From a virus, in the IMG/VR virus record IMGVR_UViG_3300005527_000060: DNA of 64,000 nt, one strand, 5' to 3'. A model generated the notes under the pieces. It had not been told where the DNA came from. It searched no databases and worked only from the letters and a program-made list of their open reading frames with translations. Position 1 is the first letter of the stretch; every line of letters begins with the position of its first letter. The position numbers and the translations under genes are program-made. Below are positions 29,678-39,357 of this stretch, piece by piece.

Positions 29678-32506
29678 ATGGCATTTATATCCTCTCTAAA
29701 AAAACATATAAACTTACCTCCTTGGGAAGCATTAAGACAAGCTCCAGTAGTTTCTAGTGCTATTAGTTGTGCTTGTAGTTCAGACAATTCAATGTTTCAT
29801 CCTACATTTGGTAGATACATTTACTACTTGTTAAATGCTACTAATTTTTGGAAATATGACACAATTACAGATACTTATTTACAATTATCCTCTCCACCTA
29901 TTGCCCCTACAACTTGGACCAATATAAGATTTAGTGGTGGTGCTGGAATAGAAGCAAACTTAATATCAGCCACATCATCTACTGCACAAATAGCTCCTTA
30001 TTTTGGCAAAACTTACAACACTTTTGATATAAAGATAATTAGTGGTACTGGTTCAGGACAAAGAAGATTAATTAGTGATGTATCAGACCCAATCATTGCC
30101 GATACAGGTGTAGCAACTGCTGTGTCTAATACAATTGGTTCTATATCTATAACTGATACAACAAAAACTTGGGCTATTAATCAATGGAAAGATTACTCTG
30201 CAAGAATTGTATCTGGATCAGGAGTAGGGCAAGTAAGAAGAATTATATCTAATACAGCTACTCAATTAGTTTTTGCGGATAGTACATTATCTTCTTATGA
30301 ACCCTTCTGTAATTCTCAGACATTTTCTCCTGCAATATCATCTACTGCTGGATCACAATCAATTTATCAGATAGAATCAGCCATAGTATCTATTGATTCT
30401 AATTGGGCTATTACACCTGATTCAACATCTAGATATAGAATAGAAGGTGGAACAGCTTATTTATTCTCTTCTGCTGCTGCAACACCTTTTTATACATTAC
30501 AGCAATATGATGTACTAACTGATACTTGGTATATTAAAACAGCTAACACTAATAATGTATCATCTGTTGCAACTGACTCTGCAATGTCATCTGTTGGAGA
30601 ACATGCATCTATTTGGTATAGAGGTACAGCTACAGGTACACAAACTACTAGTACATTACAAGACACTAATGCTAAGTGGTCACCTAATCAATGGGCTGGA
30701 TATTCAGTAAGGATTTACTCTGGTACAGGCGCTCAACAAATTAGATCTATTTTATCTAATACAGTAGATACATTAACTATAGATGCTATCTCTGGTTCTT
30801 CTGCTACTTGGACAACAATACCTAACTCAACTAGTAGATATTTTATTGATGGTTATGATGCTGGTATTGCATCTAGTGGAACTACAACAACACTTGTTGA
30901 TAGTAGTAAGAATTGGACAATAAATAGATGGAAGAATTACTCATTAAGAATAATTAGTGGTGCTGGCGCTGGTCAACTAATTCCTATTCTTTCCAACACT
31001 GCAACTACTCTTACATTCTACAAACCATTTGTTGCTCCAGACTCTACTAGTATTTACAAAATACAAGGTAACTCCAACAACTTATATCTAATGTTAGGTG
31101 GTCAAGCTGCTGTATTAAATCACAACATTGATGAAGACTTAGCTACGTATGGTAGAGTTGCTGATTTTGGTATAGCAAGTAATGCTTCAGTTAGATTTGC
31201 TGATAACAGACCAGTTAGTATTGCCTCTTTAAGCAATGCAACTACAACAGCAACAATAACAACTGCAATTGCACATAACTTTAAAGTGGGTCAGTCAGTT
31301 GTAGTTAGAGGAGCAACAGATGCAAACTTTAATGGGACATTTACAATTGCATCAGTTCCAAGTATTACTACATTCACTTATATAATGAGTAGTACACCAG
31401 CTTCTACTACATTAGCTAATACACAATCAACTACTACATTATCTGATTCAACCAAGAGTTGGACCACTAATCAATGGGCTGGTCATGTAGTTTATATGAA
31501 TACAACGGCTGTAACTGCTGCTACTGGTGTTGCTACAGGTCAAGCTTTACAAATAGTTTCTAATACAGCAACTACCTTAACATTTGTAGCTGGAAGTGCA
31601 CCTGTTAATGGAATTAGCAGATATATTATATGTCCTAGAGATGCTGAAGGACAAATGGCTAATGGACTAGCAACTGGAACACAGTCAACTACTACATTAC
31701 AAGATACTAATATATCTACATTCTCTGGCACGGGTTCTATTAGTGGAAACATATTAACAATTACTGCTGTAACAGCAGGTTATTTAACTATTGGCTCTGT
31801 AATTGTTGGAGGTACAGCAGGGACAACTGTTATTGGATATGGACCAAATACTAATGGAAGAATTGGTACATATGTAGTATCTATTAGTCAAACACTAGTA
31901 AGTACTACAATTACTTCTACTGGATGGGTTGTTAACTTTTTTGCAGGTAGAAGACTTAAATTAATTGGTGGAACTGGACAATCTGTTGAAGTTGCAATTA
32001 CATCTAATACAGCTAACACATTAACATTTAGTACTACAACTGCACCTGTAACTCTAGTTACAAGTTATGTAATATTGCAACAGCCAATTAGAGGTACTGG
32101 TATTGAATTAATACCTACATTTGGAGGTACTAATGCAACTAGAAGAGGTAGATATATCATTTGTGCAAGAGGCGGTGCCCAATTTGGATTTGACTCTTTA
32201 GACATAACTAATGATAAATTTGAAATGATGCCTGTAACACCTCAATTTGAAACTTTGTCCACTGGATCAATGTATGCTTATGATAATGTAGATAGAATAT
32301 ACTTTAATAAAGATGCAACTCAAAGATTATATTATTTAGATACAGTAACAAATAATATACATGGAGCTGGCTTTATGCCATTTGCAGCACCAACTGCAAC
32401 TATTGGTAACAAAATGGAAGTATTTACCTCTGAAGAAGGAAGCTCTTATTTATGGATAAATAGAAGTTCAAATACACAGTGCTTTAGAGTACCATTATTC
32501 TTTTAA
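29678..32506 (+). CDS. large (942 aa) repeat-domain structural/fibre-like protein
   Basis: Five ~90-100-aa internal repeats, each with W(x)N(Q/R)W(K/A)xYSxRIxSG(x)G(x)GQ...SNTATTLTF-type units. Confidence 0.45.
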   Translation: MAFISSLKKHINLPPWEALRQAPVVSSAISCACSSDNSMFHPTFGRYIYYLLNATNFWKYDTITDTYLQLSSPPIAPTTWTNIRFSGGAGIEANLISATSSTAQIAPYFGKTYNTFDIKIISGTGSGQRRLISDVSDPIIADTGVATAVSNTIGSISITDTTKTWAINQWKDYSARIVSGSGVGQVRRIISNTATQLVFADSTLSSYEPFCNSQTFSPAISSTAGSQSIYQIESAIVSIDSNWAITPDSTSRYRIEGGTAYLFSSAAATPFYTLQQYDVLTDTWYIKTANTNNVSSVATDSAMSSVGEHASIWYRGTATGTQTTSTLQDTNAKWSPNQWAGYSVRIYSGTGAQQIRSILSNTVDTLTIDAISGSSATWTTIPNSTSRYFIDGYDAGIASSGTTTTLVDSSKNWTINRWKNYSLRIISGAGAGQLIPILSNTATTLTFYKPFVAPDSTSIYKIQGNSNNLYLMLGGQAAVLNHNIDEDLATYGRVADFGIASNASVRFADNRPVSIASLSNATTTATITTAIAHNFKVGQSVVVRGATDANFNGTFTIASVPSITTFTYIMSSTPASTTLANTQSTTTLSDSTKSWTTNQWAGHVVYMNTTAVTAATGVATGQALQIVSNTATTLTFVAGSAPVNGISRYIICPRDAEGQMANGLATGTQSTTTLQDTNISTFSGTGSISGNILTITAVTAGYLTIGSVIVGGTAGTTVIGYGPNTNGRIGTYVVSISQTLVSTTITSTGWVVNFFAGRRLKLIGGTGQSVEVAITSNTANTLTFSTTTAPVTLVTSYVILQQPIRGTGIELIPTFGGTNATRRGRYIICARGGAQFGFDSLDITNDKFEMMPVTPQFETLSTGSMYAYDNVDRIYFNKDATQRLYYLDTVTNNIHGAGFMPFAAPTATIGNKMEVFTSEEGSSYLWINRSSNTQCFRVPLFF

Positions 32507-32513
32507 AAAAAAT

Positions 32514-32789
32514 ATGAAAAGGATTCTTAACAGTGTATCAATAAACTACAGTTCAAAGCTGCCTGAGGTTATTGTAGATATTCCAAAAATTACATTAGAT
32601 TTAAATAGTAATATGGCACTTGTAGAATTTAATCACAGTATTCCATTACATATACCTAATCAAATAGATACCTCAGTTCAAATTGAAAGTGGCACTATTG
32701 AATTACCTATACCTCAACAGTTATTAGATCTAATTATAAACTTTTATGAAGAATATACAGCAACAAAATATGGATATGAAGCTGTATAA
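32514..32789 (+). CDS. hypothetical small protein
   Basis: 91-aa ORF ending the plus-strand block. Confidence 0.35.
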   Translation: MKRILNSVSINYSSKLPEVIVDIPKITLDLNSNMALVEFNHSIPLHIPNQIDTSVQIESGTIELPIPQQLLDLIINFYEEYTATKYGYEAV

Positions 32790-32855
32790 ATAGATATAGT
32801 AAAAAGTACAAATAATAAAAACCTATTAGACATCTAATAGGTTTTTATTATTTAT

Positions 32856-33272
32856 TTAAACTACTTTATTATTTTCTATTTTATTAGTTTGTCTTGTACT
32901 ATTAGCATTCTTTAAAACTCTTTGCTTCTTAGTTTTACTATTCTTATCTAACTGATTAGACTTAGTAATAAAATAATCACAATTAGGATCTACAGCACTG
33001 CTTGTTTTCTCTGCTGTAATATTATAAGTAATGTAATTAAACTGATTAGTTAACCCTGTTGAAAGTGTAGGGTCCATTTTTATAGTCTGTCTTTCATCTA
33101 TGCTAACTTTAACCCATTCATCAGGCTCCACAGCTACAACAATAAACATTGGATGCTCATTACTAAGTTTAATAACTTGTGTTCCAAACTTAGTTGTATT
33201 TACAACGGCCACTTGTAAAACACCTCCCTGAGCTTTACAATTAATAGGTAAGATTACATCTGTCTGTTTCAT
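32856..33272 (-). CDS. hypothetical protein
   Basis: 138-aa ORF; ATG overlaps upstream stop. Confidence 0.35.
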   Translation of the reverse strand: MKQTDVILPINCKAQGGVLQVAVVNTTKFGTQVIKLSNEHPMFIVVAVEPDEWVKVSIDERQTIKMDPTLSTGLTNQFNYITYNITAEKTSSAVDPNCDYFITKSNQLDKNSKTKKQRVLKNANSTRQTNKIENNKVV

Positions 33273-33628
33273 TATTCATCTCTTATAATTTGTAATAAAT
33301 TACTTAAAACCTTATCTCTTAGAGAAGGAAACAACTTAAGATCATCTAAATTATGTATATAGGTTACCTTTAAATCTTTCAGATTATTAGGCGACTTAAA
33401 AACAAGTGATATATAATTTTCTTCTGTATTACATATAAATCTACTAAGTAATCTCCAGTGAAAATCTACTCTTTGGTTATATGGAGTGACTAGAGTATAT
33501 GCTATAGATTTGGCTAATAAATCTAAATCTTGCAAGCTATTTTTTAAAGGAATTACTTTTACTAAGTGTGGATAGGTAACTCTTTGATATGTGCCTGCCT
33601 TAGCAGCTTTAAACAAACTATTACACAT
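33272..33628 (-). CDS. hypothetical protein
   Basis: 118-aa ORF. Confidence 0.35.
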   Translation of the reverse strand: MCNSLFKAAKAGTYQRVTYPHLVKVIPLKNSLQDLDLLAKSIAYTLVTPYNQRVDFHWRLLSRFICNTEENYISLVFKSPNNLKDLKVTYIHNLDDLKLFPSLRDKVLSNLLQIIRDE

Positions 33629-34096
33629 TATAAAATATTAATCTGAGATAGTATTTAAGAAAATATTAAAAAAAATCTATATAGTGATATTATGACACCA
33701 GATTTAGGAAATAGAAGTTCAGCATTTAATATAGTATATCCAACTAACAATACTGGAGTCTTACAAATTGAAAATATTGGTACAGTAGACAACATAGACA
33801 AATAGGTAGTAATCCTCCTTAATATTATAACAATGATACAGTAATTAGAACTCCTAATCTTAATGATTTAGGACCGCTTTCTCTTGCAAATAATGTAATA
33901 GTTACATCTACAACTTTGTTAATAGGTGCAGCAGCAACAACAGCCCTACAAACAAATAGTAACATATTATTAAATGATATAGTTCAAGCTTTACCCACAG
34001 TTGGTACCAGCTTATTTAGCAGCTTATAATATACTTAAATCATTTTTAACAGAAGAACAGATTGAAGTAATAGATGAAGAAAATACCTGCTTTAAT

Positions 34097-34552
34097 CTAG
34101 TTTAAGACTAGTAGATCACTAGGATCATTTTGATAGTTTAAATAACCATCAAAACTATTATAAGCAAAGCCATCTTGTACTACTTCCATCTCTTGAGACA
34201 GAAGATATAAGATGGTTTTTGTTATATCTACATCTCCCAATAAATATACAAGAGGCCCTTGAATAGCTTCATCATTTACCAATAATAAATTAGGTAAATT
34301 ATTGTAATATAATATTGCCCAATTCCACACTTTATAGTAATCATAAGTATTAGAATAAGGCATACTTACAGTTAAAGAGTTATTAGACATCACTACTTTA
34401 ACTTCCATACTTGATAAAGTTAAAACAGGATCTTTTAAATTTAAATGACCTAAAAAAGGATTAAAGAATTTAGTTATTATTGGAGCCAAATCCTTAATTA
34501 TATATAGTGTTGGTAAATTTAATAGCTCAGTTTTTGTTAGTAATTTAGTCAT
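34097..34552 (-). CDS. hypothetical protein
   Basis: 151-aa ORF, TAG stop. Confidence 0.35.
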   Translation of the reverse strand: MTKLLTKTELLNLPTLYIIKDLAPIITKFFNPFLGHLNLKDPVLTLSSMEVKVVMSNNSLTVSMPYSNTYDYYKVWNWAILYYNNLPNLLLVNDEAIQGPLVYLLGDVDITKTILYLLSQEMEVVQDGFAYNSFDGYLNYQNDPSDLLVLN

Positions 34553-34587
34553 AATTTATAAGTAATAAAACAATAATAGTATAAATA

Positions 34588-35148
34588 ATGACATACACTA
34601 AAGCTCAAAATTTACTCATTAATAGTACTTCTCAGTATAGATCAACTAACTATGGTAAACATCCAATAAATGTGTTTAATATTGATGAAGCATTATTAAA
34701 CAATAAAACATATAACAACATAATGAACTCTTTAAATATGTTAGAGACTAATTATAATAATACTTTAGAAGAATTAGACAGTTTAATATCTGAAGCTCAA
34801 ACTAATTATAATAATATAAAACAGCAGATACTTCTACTAGATTTATTACCTACTTATACATATACTATTCCAGATAAACAAGATTATATTGACTTAATTA
34901 ATGAAATAAATACTTTAGTAGAAGAGTGTAATAAGATATTAGGTTCAATACTATTAGATACCCAATCTAATGTAGCAGTTTATACTAGTCAGCTTATTAT
35001 AAATGAAGTAGGAACTGGAATTAACTCAATAGTTAATAAACAATGGTTAAGCAACTATTTTAATTCTATATCTTTAATTCCTAAAATAAAACCAAGTAAT
35101 GCAGCCCTTATATGTAATAGTAGTGGAGAAATACAGTGGCAACAATAA
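34588..35148 (+). CDS. hypothetical protein, member of tandem paralog triplet
   Basis: 186 aa; C-terminus ..GEIQWQQ. Overlaps next paralog by 13 nt. Confidence 0.4.
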   Translation: MTYTKAQNLLINSTSQYRSTNYGKHPINVFNIDEALLNNKTYNNIMNSLNMLETNYNNTLEELDSLISEAQTNYNNIKQQILLLDLLPTYTYTIPDKQDYIDLINEINTLVEECNKILGSILLDTQSNVAVYTSQLIINEVGTGINSIVNKQWLSNYFNSISLIPKIKPSNAALICNSSGEIQWQQ

Positions 35149-35687
35149 GAAGTCTAAGAATTGGCAATGAAAACATAAAGTCTATAAATGAGTTAGAACA
35201 GTTTATAAACACTAACTACTTACAACAGATACAGGCAAAGATTCAACAAATAAGAGATAAGAAAAGACTTATTCAAGAAAAGCTTGATTTATATAACTCA
35301 CTTAATTCAACTAATACACTACTAAAAGAGCAACTCTTAACAGATGTTAAATATACAACTATATTATCTAATCAAGAAGAAGCTAATACTTTATTAGAAG
35401 ATTTCAATAAAGTATTAAAACAGCTAACAATAATTTTATCCTACAAAGATTTTATAACAACTAACAATCTATTACATAAACAAGATCTTTATGATAATAA
35501 CAAGGTTAGTATAGTTGAAGGAGAGTTTACAACCTTAGAAGTTATTAAACCAACCTCTGTTAAAGGAGCTATAAATAGAGAATTCTTAACCAAAGAATTA
35601 TTAAAGCTAGAACAGCCTCCAAAGCCATATCAGCCATTAAAGTATTTAGCAACAGATGAAGGAGGAAACCTTATATGGAAAGCTTAA
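35136..35687 (+). CDS. hypothetical protein, paralog 2
   Basis: 183 aa; coiled-coil-like; C-terminus ..GGNLIWKA. 13-nt overlaps on both sides. Confidence 0.4.
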   Translation: MATIRSLRIGNENIKSINELEQFINTNYLQQIQAKIQQIRDKKRLIQEKLDLYNSLNSTNTLLKEQLLTDVKYTTILSNQEEANTLLEDFNKVLKQLTIILSYKDFITTNNLLHKQDLYDNNKVSIVEGEFTTLEVIKPTSVKGAINREFLTKELLKLEQPPKPYQPLKYLATDEGGNLIWKA

Positions 35688-36190
35688 ATAATATATTTGA
35701 AAGACAAAGTTTAGTAGGTGATCAAGATACATCAACTATAAATAATTTGGATGATTATCTGGATTCATTACTAAACCCTTTTAATAATATGATTACTACT
35801 GAAATATTAGCTTTAAACGCTATGAAAAATACAATAGCTGAACCTATAACAACAGATAATAATACTGTTGCAAAACTACAGTCAGAAGACACAAGATTAA
35901 AAAACAAGTATACATTTATAGATGTATTATCTGATATAACCTTAGAAAGTAATGATTACATTAGTAGTTTAACAACTACTAAAGCATCTTTTATTAATAT
36001 ACTTAATGATAAAGCTTTAGCTGATTCTCCTCTAACTAGACCAATCCTTAAAACTATTTTAGATAAAGACAGCACTGCTATAACTAGAGGATATGTTAAT
36101 AATATACTTACTCTTTACACTCTTCCAACACCTATTCCAAATACAAAATTATATGTAAATAGAACAAGCACAGGATTTATTTGGGCTTAA
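35675..36190 (+). CDS. hypothetical protein, paralog 3
   Basis: 171 aa; C-terminus ..TGFIWA. Confidence 0.4.
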   Translation: MESLNNIFERQSLVGDQDTSTINNLDDYLDSLLNPFNNMITTEILALNAMKNTIAEPITTDNNTVAKLQSEDTRLKNKYTFIDVLSDITLESNDYISSLTTTKASFINILNDKALADSPLTRPILKTILDKDSTAITRGYVNNILTLYTLPTPIPNTKLYVNRTSTGFIWA

Positions 36191-36735
36191 ATAAAATTAT
36201 GATTAATGAGCAAAAACCACAAAACTTATTCTGTACAAAACACTTTTTAGCTGTAATGGCTGTGTTTTATATGACAACATTAAATCCAGCAATAGATAGT
36301 TGGATTGATGGAAATATGACTAAAAAGGATATAGGTAAACTATTTAATGCTTTGATTGTAACTATAGTTGGGGCATCTTTAAAAGTATTTGATAAAGATG
36401 TATACACTCCTAAGTTTATTCCTGGTAGAAATAAAGATAAAGCATTAGATAATATAAATGAGTTGTTATCTCCAACAGTAAATGAAGTAAGAAAAGTTGT
36501 ATTAGAAACAGTTAAAGAAGCTGTTAATAATAATAATATAAATACAGATATAAACAAATCAATTAATAATATTACAACTGATACTTTAAATACAATTATT
36601 CCTGCTAATAATATACAAAGTAATATTGCAAAAGATATTATAAACAATACAATTAGTTCAGCTACAGAGTCATTTACATCTAATATAAACACAGATATAA
36701 ATAATAAACCCAATAAACTACAAAATAAACATTAA
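36181..36735 (+). CDS. hypothetical membrane-associated protein
   Basis: 184 aa, hydrophobic N-terminal segment, N/I-rich tail. Confidence 0.35.
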   Translation: MGLNKIMINEQKPQNLFCTKHFLAVMAVFYMTTLNPAIDSWIDGNMTKKDIGKLFNALIVTIVGASLKVFDKDVYTPKFIPGRNKDKALDNINELLSPTVNEVRKVVLETVKEAVNNNNINTDINKSINNITTDTLNTIIPANNIQSNIAKDIINNTISSATESFTSNINTDINNKPNKLQNKH

Positions 36736-36801
36736 AAAACAACTTAGCTATTAATTAATAGCTAAGTTGTTTTTTAATGTTTATTTTGTAATTATAAATA
36801 A

Positions 36802-37704
36802 CTATACTTTCATAATATAAGCAAGAGCATAATAAGGAGGTAAATTAGTAGTAGTTGCAGTAGTTGCACTATATGTATGAGTATGTGCTTCATTAGCACC
36901 TGTTGAACCAATAGTAATATTAGTAAATGCACTATTTGTATTAATGGGACCTTCATTTCCATTATTACTATTTTCATAATAAGGGCCTGGTCTATTATTA
37001 TCTCCTGCATTTTGAAAGTGATAATGTCCTGGATCATTTAATGGATGAGTATGAGCAGGCATTTGATTAATAGTTAAAGCTGTACCACCAGTTGTTCCAG
37101 TAATAGTATGAGTATGATTACCAGAACCACCAATAGCATTAACAGCATAAGTAGAACCTGCACCAATGATAAATCTATTTCTTAAATCAGGTGTACCATT
37201 TGTACCATCTGTAAGTTGCCAACCAACAGGAATATTTGCAATAAGACCTACCCAAACAACAATAATACCACTAGCAATAGCTTCTTCTAAAGTAGTTAGT
37301 CTTCCTTCAACAGATAATAATCTGCTATTAAAAGAAGCAACTGTACCGCTTAAACTATTGAAACCTCCTATCAAAGTTGCAATTTGAGTGTTTAAATCAG
37401 CTATAGTAGTATTTTGATTATTAATTAAAGTAGTTAAAGAATTTATATTTCCTTGTAATGTAGTTTGAACATCAATTAAATCTTGAGCCACTTCTCCAAT
37501 AGCTGTCTCAACATTATCAATGTCTGCTTGTAAATCAATTATTACTTGATTAAGTAACAAGCAAGTTGATAAAGATAGTTGATTAATCTTTGCACAGTTT
37601 AATTCACCAACTGCATTTGCTAAGTCAAGTACAAAGTCAAAGTTATTATCTAACTCATCACAGGTTAAGTTTGTACCTTTAGTTGAGATTTTTATTAAGG
37701 CCAT
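36802..37704 (-). CDS. tail fibre protein with phage tail-collar domain
   Basis: GWQLTDGTNGTPDLRNRFIIGAGS...GGSGNHTHT matches the phage tail-collar / MdpB-like domain signature. N-terminal coiled-coil-like region. TAG stop. Confidence 0.7.
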   Translation of the reverse strand: MALIKISTKGTNLTCDELDNNFDFVLDLANAVGELNCAKINQLSLSTCLLLNQVIIDLQADIDNVETAIGEVAQDLIDVQTTLQGNINSLTTLINNQNTTIADLNTQIATLIGGFNSLSGTVASFNSRLLSVEGRLTTLEEAIASGIIVVWVGLIANIPVGWQLTDGTNGTPDLRNRFIIGAGSTYAVNAIGGSGNHTHTITGTTGGTALTINQMPAHTHPLNDPGHYHFQNAGDNNRPGPYYENSNNGNEGPINTNSAFTNITIGSTGANEAHTHTYSATTATTTNLPPYYALAYIMKV

Positions 37705-37767
37705 ATGATATATTTATATATTTTGTAAATACAATTATATATCATATGGCCTTAATAAATGTGCTAT

Positions 37768-37941
37768 AAAATCTCTATATAGGCTTCTTAATTAATTTTT
37801 GTGGAGCTGGTGCTGGATTATCTAAAGGAGGCTCAAATACAGTAGGAGTAGAAGTAGGAACAGGAGTGGTACTTATTGCACAACTACCTAAAGATCCAAT
37901 AAATAAACATCCAACAAATGACAAAAGAATCAAATATTTTT
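37768..37941 (-). CDS. small lipoprotein (57 aa), not in supplied track
   Basis: MNKKYLILLSFVGCLFIGSLGSC: signal peptide plus lipobox-like LGSC. ATG overlaps the upstream TGA (ATGA). Confidence 0.4.
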
Positions 37942-37944
37942 TAT

Positions 37945-39357
37945 TCATTTTACTAACAAAATTTCTCCAAAATTAACAGTACTTGAACAATGATCTTCTG
38001 GTACAACCCATAGAGTTGGAATAAAACCCTTACTATTGACAGGTTCTAATCTTTTATCAACAGCCTCTAACCACAGATCAGTTAGAACAATCAACATAGA
38101 TATATTATCTACATTAATTTCTATATCATAGTTAGAATAGCTATTAAAAAACTCTTCAAATAGAGGTATTACATCAGTACCACCGCCGCCAATTAAATAC
38201 TTACTCTTTTCTTCTATTAGAAGATCACCAAGAGGTTTATCTAACTCATTTATATCAAACAAATGACAACCAGTCATACCCACATCAAATGTGATAAGTA
38301 ATAAATTACCTACATACTTTGATATCTCTGTTATTTGAAATAAGAACTTAGATAAAGTCTCAGTGCAAGAGAAAATAGAACCAGATAGATCTATATATAC
38401 AACTACAGTATTTGGTTTTGGTAGAGGCTTATATGAATATTCAATAGGACATCTAGTAAAAGAACTTAAGCCTAAATCATAAGCATAAAAGTTATCTTGT
38501 ATAAGACTGTCGTAATTAGTTATAACTCTATCATTAACTGATGATATTGCAATCTGTTTTAATCTATCTTCCCAAGATATATTTGAAGATTTAGTTTCTT
38601 CAAACTCAGGGGGAATTATACCAGAGGATAAACTTCCTGGATTTTTACCTCTACTTCTTAGATTATTTGCAGCTTTCTTAGCAATCTCTTGTATAGCTTC
38701 AACAGCTTCTAATGCTTCTGAAGTATCTTTTGACAGTATTAAATCACAATCAATATTATCAAGATCAATTGTTTTACCACTAGGAAGTTTAATACAGTTA
38801 TCACTTAGTTCTCCGCCAGCACCAGCCCCACCAGAATCATTATTATTTGAAGTAGATTTTGACAATACCTCAAGTAATAATTCATCTTCAGTCCAACTAT
38901 TAATATTTAATTTTGGATGATCTGGGGGTAATAAATTGTTTAATACTGTTGGTTCTAAGCTGCCAAAAGAATAACCAGCATTTATTAGATTAGTATTAAT
39001 AATTGCATCTAAAACATAGTTTACTAATTTTGGTAAATTAGGCCTATTTCTATACTTAGAATATAGAGCATCATTATTAAAACCATATCTCCAATTATGA
39101 TGAAGATATATATGATATATCTCATGCAAAAAGATAAAAATAAACTCATCTAACTTACTTTTATCTTTTTGCACCTCTTCAATAAATTTCTCTTGTATGG
39201 AGATAGAAGAAGAAGTGCAAGCCATATATTCAAAGTCTTCATAATTTCCAAACTCAATTTTTATGCCACTTAGTAAGTAGCAAAAAAAGGGTTCATAGTT
39301 ATTGATCAAAAAACATATATTATCTACACTTCTTAAGTTAAAAGATAGGGGTGTCAT
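37945..39357 (-). CDS. VWA-domain protein with N-terminal putative metallopeptidase-like (HExxH) region, DUF2201-type architecture
   Basis: HEIYH motif near the N-terminus, MIDAS-like VVVYIDLSGSIFS in the C-terminal half. Adjacent to MoxR-type ATPase. Confidence 0.5.
   Translation of the reverse strand: MTPLSFNLRSVDNICFLINNYEPFFCYLLSGIKIEFGNYEDFEYMACTSSSISIQEKFIEEVQKDKSKLDEFIFIFLHEIYHIYLHHNWRYGFNNDALYSKYRNRPNLPKLVNYVLDAIINTNLINAGYSFGSLEPTVLNNLLPPDHPKLNINSWTEDELLLEVLSKSTSNNNDSGGAGAGGELSDNCIKLPSGKTIDLDNIDCDLILSKDTSEALEAVEAIQEIAKKAANNLRSRGKNPGSLSSGIIPPEFEETKSSNISWEDRLKQIAISSVNDRVITNYDSLIQDNFYAYDLGLSSFTRCPIEYSYKPLPKPNTVVVYIDLSGSIFSCTETLSKFLFQITEISKYVGNLLLITFDVGMTGCHLFDINELDKPLGDLLIEEKSKYLIGGGGTDVIPLFEEFFNSYSNYDIEINVDNISMLIVLTDLWLEAVDKRLEPVNSKGFIPTLWVVPEDHCSSTVNFGEILLVK

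Noticed and set aside
37945-39357. HExxH in the VWA protein as a proven metalloprotease
   Set aside because: A single short motif. Retained only as a DUF2201-like architectural hint, not a functional call.
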